Source: Anaerolineae bacterium
GTDB lineage: Bacteria; Chloroflexota; Anaerolineae; B4-G1; DUEL01
Assembly: GCA_041082215.1 (NCBI GenBank)
Contig: JBDOIF010000008.1
Location: forward strand, 70,036-123,262
Direction: 5' to 3'
DNA: 53,227 bases
This document shows positions 49,601 to 53,227 of the stretch, one piece after another. The stretch's first letter is position 1, and every line of letters starts with the position of its first letter. The position numbers and the translations under genes were made by a program. The notes under the pieces were generated by a model. The model saw nothing but the letters and a program-made list of their open reading frames with translations, had not been told where the DNA came from and did not search any database.

Positions 49601-50399
49601 GGTGGAGCGGCTGGGGTCGTACAAGCCGGAACTGGAGAAGCGGCGCGACCAGGCGTCGCTCCAGTCGCTGGAAGGAGTCCTGCTCCGGCTGGAACCGTTC
49701 ACCCAGGGCGAGATGGCCCGGATGTACGGCTCCGGCGAGGACACGCTGGCGGTGGAGGACCTGGGGCTCCTGGGGCCGTCCGACGACCCCTGGGGGGTCT
49801 CCATCCTGGAGGGCGGGGCGGAGCTGGACGAGTACGCCAAGGCCGCCATCCTGGGGCTGGTGGCCTGGCACCTGTACAACGACGCAGTGGTGCGACGGCG
49901 GCAAAACATCGGCAGGTCCACCCCCGACCCGACGCTCCAGATTGTGTTCGAGGAGGCCAACAAGGTGCTGACAGGGGTGGAGACAGACACCTCGGAGAAC
50001 CAGACGGGCGGGGCGACGACGGTGGAGCTCTTCCAGGCGATGTGGCGGGACGGGCGGAAGTACCGGATTTTCCTCCACCCGGTGGTGCAGACGGTCTCCG
50101 AACTCCCGCCGGGGATCCTCTCCTCCTGCAACAACGGCTTTTTCGGGCAGACGAAGAACCCGAAGGACCGGGACCTGATTATGGCGCACCTGGCCTTCAG
50201 CGAGAAGGGGTTTACCGACGAGGACTACAAACGGTTCCTCAGCCGGATGCCGGCGGCAATGGCGGTGTGCAAGCTGGGGTATTCCCAGGACATCGTCCAT
50301 ACCACGCCGTTCCTGGTGCGGCCGCTGATGGTCCCGGCCCGCGAGCCGACCGACGAGGAAATCCACGAGGCGATGCGCCTGATGGGGAAAGCCAGGTAG
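46641..50399 (+). CDS. HerA/VirB4-like P-loop ATPase with ~350-aa Ser/Thr/Gly-rich symmetric insert
   Basis: HTVFAADTGFGKT Walker A (49059-49082), VVLDF, IVFEEAN Walker B, RDGRKY Arg finger, VVQ; insert at aa 267-619. Confidence 0.85.
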   Translation: MARKSGPVSSDLAPDDLVVLDNGIRFAEDQDRMEYLWFHLRELEDGREYDLWRVVRLGLLRYLPQEHRQEPGLPEKMRAALVGLYGSRRASYDLVEIKAGIFNPPLGVLQMFGAVGIAESQEEAIRNAELGMAAVQGAIANFEQSRLIPLSVQIADWLRRALAEFPHVIVTIGHPEPRAGRRGMGREGPGERDRSTVPQDAMLPPQQGEMLCRALAAVQEEFLMVTLASRVLQQDLARMLAGIAAEASVPASQMTGVEAITTGIALPVSLAESLGRSAVSAYGQTQGTAVSDSFADSEATSHVEGHATTVGHAVTDGTAHTEGHATTSGSSVTTSVVTSEGTAHTEGTAHTEGTAHTEGTAHTSGSSSSVSSASGSSWGVIQGLANTTGTAHTEGTAHTEGTAHTEGTAHSTGGSQGTTTTRGASFGAHIGQHVGGSIGGGIVPGTLSSGTDYGVEGSFNSSQSVSNSHEWSSSTSTADTSSAADTTSAADTSSAATTQSVATSVGGFSSTSVSSSSFSSVSRSIADTVSAADTTSQADTTSRSVSRGVSHGSFSSTTHSVADTLSHAETRSWARTTSVADGTAHGTTRAHGVSRSSGTAVGRSLGVMRGTGFGAAAVPSFALTRSYQWWNDQAVQLAQLLRAQEELLRQATLEGAFLTDVYILTRTERGAAAAEVAVRQAFQGVGPLVVTPVQSRVLRLPQEQAYIRAHAMAFTPSTRRERVAGALEAYRDSTLLLPTQLAAYVAPVLFEEGLSVTTQERIPAFAFVPDMPGDVVLAHQWSTERAELTGAPLRMSSDRFFHTVFAADTGFGKTVAAERLVVETTRKWHFRTVVLDFGAGWRRLLNAPLGEPGRVEVWQLFPGAAVPFRWNPWQVGKRIQPERQLVATCEIFKNAGRMGPRQLGFMRRAARQLYLEHGILTSDREVWADTRWNTVRDADEEEAINAARRERGMAERTCVGDHLGDLEGFERQALAVHRSRRVGMAAWVERLGSYKPELEKRRDQASLQSLEGVLLRLEPFTQGEMARMYGSGEDTLAVEDLGLLGPSDDPWGVSILEGGAELDEYAKAAILGLVAWHLYNDAVVRRRQNIGRSTPDPTLQIVFEEANKVLTGVETDTSENQTGGATTVELFQAMWRDGRKYRIFLHPVVQTVSELPPGILSSCNNGFFGQTKNPKDRDLIMAHLAFSEKGFTDEDYKRFLSRMPAAMAVCKLGYSQDIVHTTPFLVRPLMVPAREPTDEEIHEAMRLMGKAR
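47664..48275 (+). repeat. Intragenic 18-bp/hexapeptide tandem repeats (TAHTEG blocks and mirrored TxSxAD blocks)
   Basis: ACGGCCCA(T/C)AC(C/A)GAGGGG units at 47664-47735 and 47808-47879; TSSAAD-like units at 48060-48131 and 48204-48275. Confidence 0.9.
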
Positions 50400-50434
50400 G
50401 GGCGACCGGCAGGTCGCCCGTACAGGTCGCCCGT
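50396..50434. repeat. GTAG-type REP palindrome overlapping the ATPase stop codon
   Basis: GTAGGGGCGACC-ggca-GGTCGCCCGTAC (50396-50423) followed by a repeated half AGGTCGCCCGT. Confidence 0.8.
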
Positions 50435-50444
50435 GAGGGAGCCG

Positions 50445-51860
50445 ATGCGGATCATTCTGGCAGGACCGGATGAAGCAGAGCTGACGGGAGCGGCCTACCC
50501 GGCCTTTGCGGTGGCCGGGGTGGAGGTGCTGGCAGCGGTCGGGGCGGCGGAGAAGCTGTCCGACCTGGCCCCCGTCTTCCCCGACGCGGTGGCTGTGGTC
50601 CAGGCCGACCTCTACGCCACGCCGGAGGAGGCGGTGGAGGCGCTGGAGGGGTTGCCTGTTCGGGTGGCCGTTGTGCTTCCGCCCCGGTGGGCGGCGGCTC
50701 AGGGGAAGTTCGCCGCCCTTCCCAACCTGGTGGCGGGCTTCACCGCGCCGATTCCCTGGCCGGTGGTGGCAGCGGAGGTGAAGACACAGGCTGGTCTGGG
50801 CGACCTGCCGGTCGCTCCAACATCACAGGCGGAGGCAGGGGCGCAGCCCGGCGTTGGGGCGACCTGCCGGTCGTCCCAACTGGACGGCGCACCAGTCGCT
50901 CCCCAGGCAGCCCTACGGCCCACCCCCGACCCCGCCGGCAGGGCCAGGGGTGGAGGGGGTCGGCTGGTTGCCCCACGGGGCGAGGCCCCTAGGCCACGCC
51001 TCGAGCGGCTCGCCGCGTGGCGAGCCGTGGCCCTCTGGTCCGGCCCGGCGGGAGGCGTGGGGAAGACGAGCCTGGCCCTGCTGCTGGCGGCATACGCGGC
51101 GGAGAGGGGAGCGGAGCCGCTGTTGCTGGCCCTATCAGAGCCGGCCGTGTCGGCCTATCTGGGGCTGAACCGTGTCCCCAACGTCACCGCGTTCTTCGAG
51201 ACCGGCGATCTGAGCCGGTCCGTCCAGATACTGAGGTGGGAGGAGGGTGGGAGAGGGATGCTGCGGGTGGCCCTCGGTCCGGCCCGGCCCCGCGACGGGG
51301 CGGTGGGACGGGAGCAGGTGGCGGCGCTGATGGAGGCGGCGAAGGGCGCTGCACCTCTGGCCGTCGCCGACCTGCCCACACTCCCGCCCGGAGGCAACGC
51401 CTGGAGCCTGGAGCCGCTGCTCCACGCCGGGGTCGTCATCCTGGTGGCCGCTCCCACACCGGCGGGCGTGGCGGCTGCGGTCGAGGCGCTGGCGACGCTG
51501 CGGGACATCGGGGCCTCCGGCCAGGTCCTCCTGGCCGTCAACAGACGGACACCGGGTGGGCTGGGCCTGCCGGAGTTTGCCGATGGGGTGCGGGGCCTGT
51601 GGGGGGGCTGCCCGCCGACGGTGGAGGTCCCCTATGCGCCCGGGATGGCTGCGGCGATGGACCGGGGGGAGCTGCCGGGTATGGGCGACATGCCGGTCGC
51701 CCCTGCGCTGGCTGAACTGGCGGAGGCCGCTCTGGGCATCCCCCGGCCCCGGCCGGAGGCGGAGCGGGAAGGAACCGGGACGGGTAAGGGCGACCGGCCG
51801 GTCGCCCCTGCCCGCCCCCGCCGCCTGGGGCGGCTGATCAGCGTGGAGGTGGTGGACTGA
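50445..51860 (+). CDS. TadZ/CpaE-like MinD/ParA-family protein with degenerate receiver-like N-terminus
   Basis: WSGPAGGVGKTS deviant Walker A, VADLP, LAVNR, VPY; Pro/Ala linker. Confidence 0.72.
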   Translation: MRIILAGPDEAELTGAAYPAFAVAGVEVLAAVGAAEKLSDLAPVFPDAVAVVQADLYATPEEAVEALEGLPVRVAVVLPPRWAAAQGKFAALPNLVAGFTAPIPWPVVAAEVKTQAGLGDLPVAPTSQAEAGAQPGVGATCRSSQLDGAPVAPQAALRPTPDPAGRARGGGGRLVAPRGEAPRPRLERLAAWRAVALWSGPAGGVGKTSLALLLAAYAAERGAEPLLLALSEPAVSAYLGLNRVPNVTAFFETGDLSRSVQILRWEEGGRGMLRVALGPARPRDGAVGREQVAALMEAAKGAAPLAVADLPTLPPGGNAWSLEPLLHAGVVILVAAPTPAGVAAAVEALATLRDIGASGQVLLAVNRRTPGGLGLPEFADGVRGLWGGCPPTVEVPYAPGMAAAMDRGELPGMGDMPVAPALAELAEAALGIPRPRPEAEREGTGTGKGDRPVAPARPRRLGRLISVEVVD

Positions 51861-52306
51861 TGGGCGAGGTCTGGGGGCAGGTCCGTCCGGTTCCCCGTCT
51901 GCTGGCCAGCCTCCCCTGCGAGGACGCGGCGGTGTCGCAGGGGGTGGCCGACGGCCGCGTGACCCTGCAGCGGGTCTTTTTCGACCTCTATGCGGCCCGC
52001 TTCCCGGCCGGGTTCGATCGGATGACGGTGGTCAGCTTCTGGGCCGGAGGGGAGGGGGCCTACCGGACGGCTGTGCGGCTCCTGGCCCCCGGCGGGACGG
52101 AGGTGGCCCGGGGGGAGGCGGAGGTGACCGCCGTGCCCCCACCGGGGACAGCGGTGCAGGTGGTCTATTTCCCCACCCTGGTCCTGCCGGAACCGGGTCG
52201 GTACACGGTAGAGGTTCTTCTGGACGGCACGCCGGTCCACGCTTACAGCCTGACCGTCGTCGGACCGGAGGAATCCAGCAGGGAGGGTGCAGATGCGAAA
52301 AGGTGA
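51860..52306 (+). CDS. Hypothetical beta-sandwich protein (DUF6941-like)
   Basis: LPCEDA..DGRVTL..VF, LPEPGRYTVEVLLDG; TGATG coupling to the upstream gene. Confidence 0.6.
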   Translation: MGEVWGQVRPVPRLLASLPCEDAAVSQGVADGRVTLQRVFFDLYAARFPAGFDRMTVVSFWAGGEGAYRTAVRLLAPGGTEVARGEAEVTAVPPPGTAVQVVYFPTLVLPEPGRYTVEVLLDGTPVHAYSLTVVGPEESSREGADAKR

Positions 52307-52874
52307 GCAAATCGGGATGTGGGTGGCCATCGGTATCCTGGGGGTGTGGCTTCTGGTGCTGACTGTGGTGATAGCGGGGGAGTTCGCCGCCGTCAACCGG
52401 GTGCTGCGGGGGGAGGTGGAGGCGGAGGCGCTGCCCGCTGCACCGGGCGAGCCGACCCCCTGGTGGGGCGGGACGGAAGCGACAATATCCCCGCCCACGG
52501 CCTCGCTGCCGGAAGGAATCTCCGTGGGGGTCGCCGGGGTGCGGGTCCTCTCCGATACCCTGGCGATGACGGTGACGGTCCGCTCCGGCGGGGCGGGCGA
52601 CCTGCTGGTCGAGCCGCCGGTGGTGGTGGATGAGGCGGGCCGGGCCTACCCGGTGACGCCCGACAGCCTGGAGGCGGCGCGGTATGCCTTCCTGGACCTG
52701 GTGACGCGGGGGCAGGCAGGGGCAGAGCTGGTCTTTGCCGGAACCCCACCGGAGGGAGCACGGCTGACGCTGGTCTTTAACCCCAACCAGGAGCCAACCG
52801 ACATCCTGGCCCCCCGTGTCGAGGTGCCGGTGCCGGTGATCGCCGCTCCAGCGCCAGGTTCGGAAGGAGGATAA
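52293..52874 (+). CDS. Hypothetical membrane-anchored protein with extracellular Ig-like domain
   Basis: N-terminal TM, Pro/Thr linker, beta-rich domain (VVDEAGRAYP, AELVF, LTLVF). Confidence 0.7.
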   Translation: MRKGEQIGMWVAIGILGVWLLVLTVVIAGEFAAVNRVLRGEVEAEALPAAPGEPTPWWGGTEATISPPTASLPEGISVGVAGVRVLSDTLAMTVTVRSGGAGDLLVEPPVVVDEAGRAYPVTPDSLEAARYAFLDLVTRGQAGAELVFAGTPPEGARLTLVFNPNQEPTDILAPRVEVPVPVIAAPAPGSEGG

Positions 52875-52888
52875 AGGGGGGGTGGAAA

Positions 52889-53107
52889 TTGCCTGCGAAG
52901 GAAGTGGCAGACGCTCTCCTCGCCCTCGACGAGCCGTGGCGAAGCCGCTTTCTCAAGCTGACGGCCAGCATAGCTACCGGATGGTCCTGGAACGGGCGGG
53001 GAGAGCCGACGAGAGAAGAGCTGGAAGAATGGCTGAAGGACAACCTGAAGTTGCAAGGGTATGTAACGGTGCTGCTTCAGACCTGGACGGGCGGGAGATT
53101 GCCGTAG
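52889..53107 (+). CDS. Small hypothetical protein
   Basis: Helical 72-aa ORF filling the gap; purine-rich RBS before TTG. Confidence 0.55.
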   Translation: MPAKEVADALLALDEPWRSRFLKLTASIATGWSWNGRGEPTREELEEWLKDNLKLQGYVTVLLQTWTGGRLP

Positions 53108-53119
53108 AGAGGTGAAAGG

Positions 53120-53227
53120 ATGCGAGGTATAACTGCTGCTGCCATCGGCGCTCTGCTCCTTCTGGCCCTGGTTGTGCTTCTGCTGCCGTCGGGCGAGACC
53201 CGTCCGGCCCTGGCCGCGCCGGTCCGG
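53120..53227 (+). CDS. Secreted/membrane protein, 3'-truncated by the window
   Basis: GAGGTG RBS; MRGITAAAIGALLLLALVVLLLPSGETRPALAAPVR signal-like N-terminus. Confidence 0.6.
   Translation, partial: MRGITAAAIGALLLLALVVLLLPSGETRPALAAPVR

Noticed and set aside
665..50366. Many long antisense or alternate-frame ORFs (e.g. 2244-4445 -, 18601-20406 +, 23088-25046 +, 37958-40000 +, 48180-50366 -)
   Set aside because: They are shadows of well-supported genes in high-GC DNA and have no recognisable motifs.
46641..50399. ATPase as part of a HerA-NurA or Sir2-HerA defence/repair system
   Set aside because: No nuclease or sirtuin partner is visible; the neighbours are membrane and TadZ-like genes.

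Overview
High-GC bacterial chromosomal window. Gene families, C-terminal YLPxVLR tails and repeat types suggest Chloroflexota/Anaerolineae (inference). Bases 1-44.4 kb are mostly housekeeping: a nucleoside ABC operon with a BMP-permease fusion, MFS, ftsY, two class III cyclases, an acyl-CoA ligase, ftsH, a PASTA kinase, polA, a ferredoxin, mutS, PSRP, a YhaM-like nuclease, murJ, xseB, comEC and HAD hydrolases. This part is peppered with several families of short palindromic repeats and a 176-bp MITE-like element. From about 44.5 kb to the end, a consensus sigma70 promoter appears to drive a co-oriented operon that continues beyond the window. It comprises two related terminator hairpins, an SSB-like gene, a structured intergenic region, membrane proteins, a 1252-aa HerA/VirB4-like ATPase and a TadZ/CpaE-like protein. 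The ATPase carries a ~350-aa Ser/Thr/Gly-rich insert whose repeat blocks are mirror-symmetric about a central Val-Pro. This suggests a very long beta-hairpin that could assemble into a tube on an oligomeric motor, and it is the best candidate here for an undescribed DNA-transfer or secretion machine. No rRNA, tRNA, CRISPR array, integrase or relaxase was recognised.
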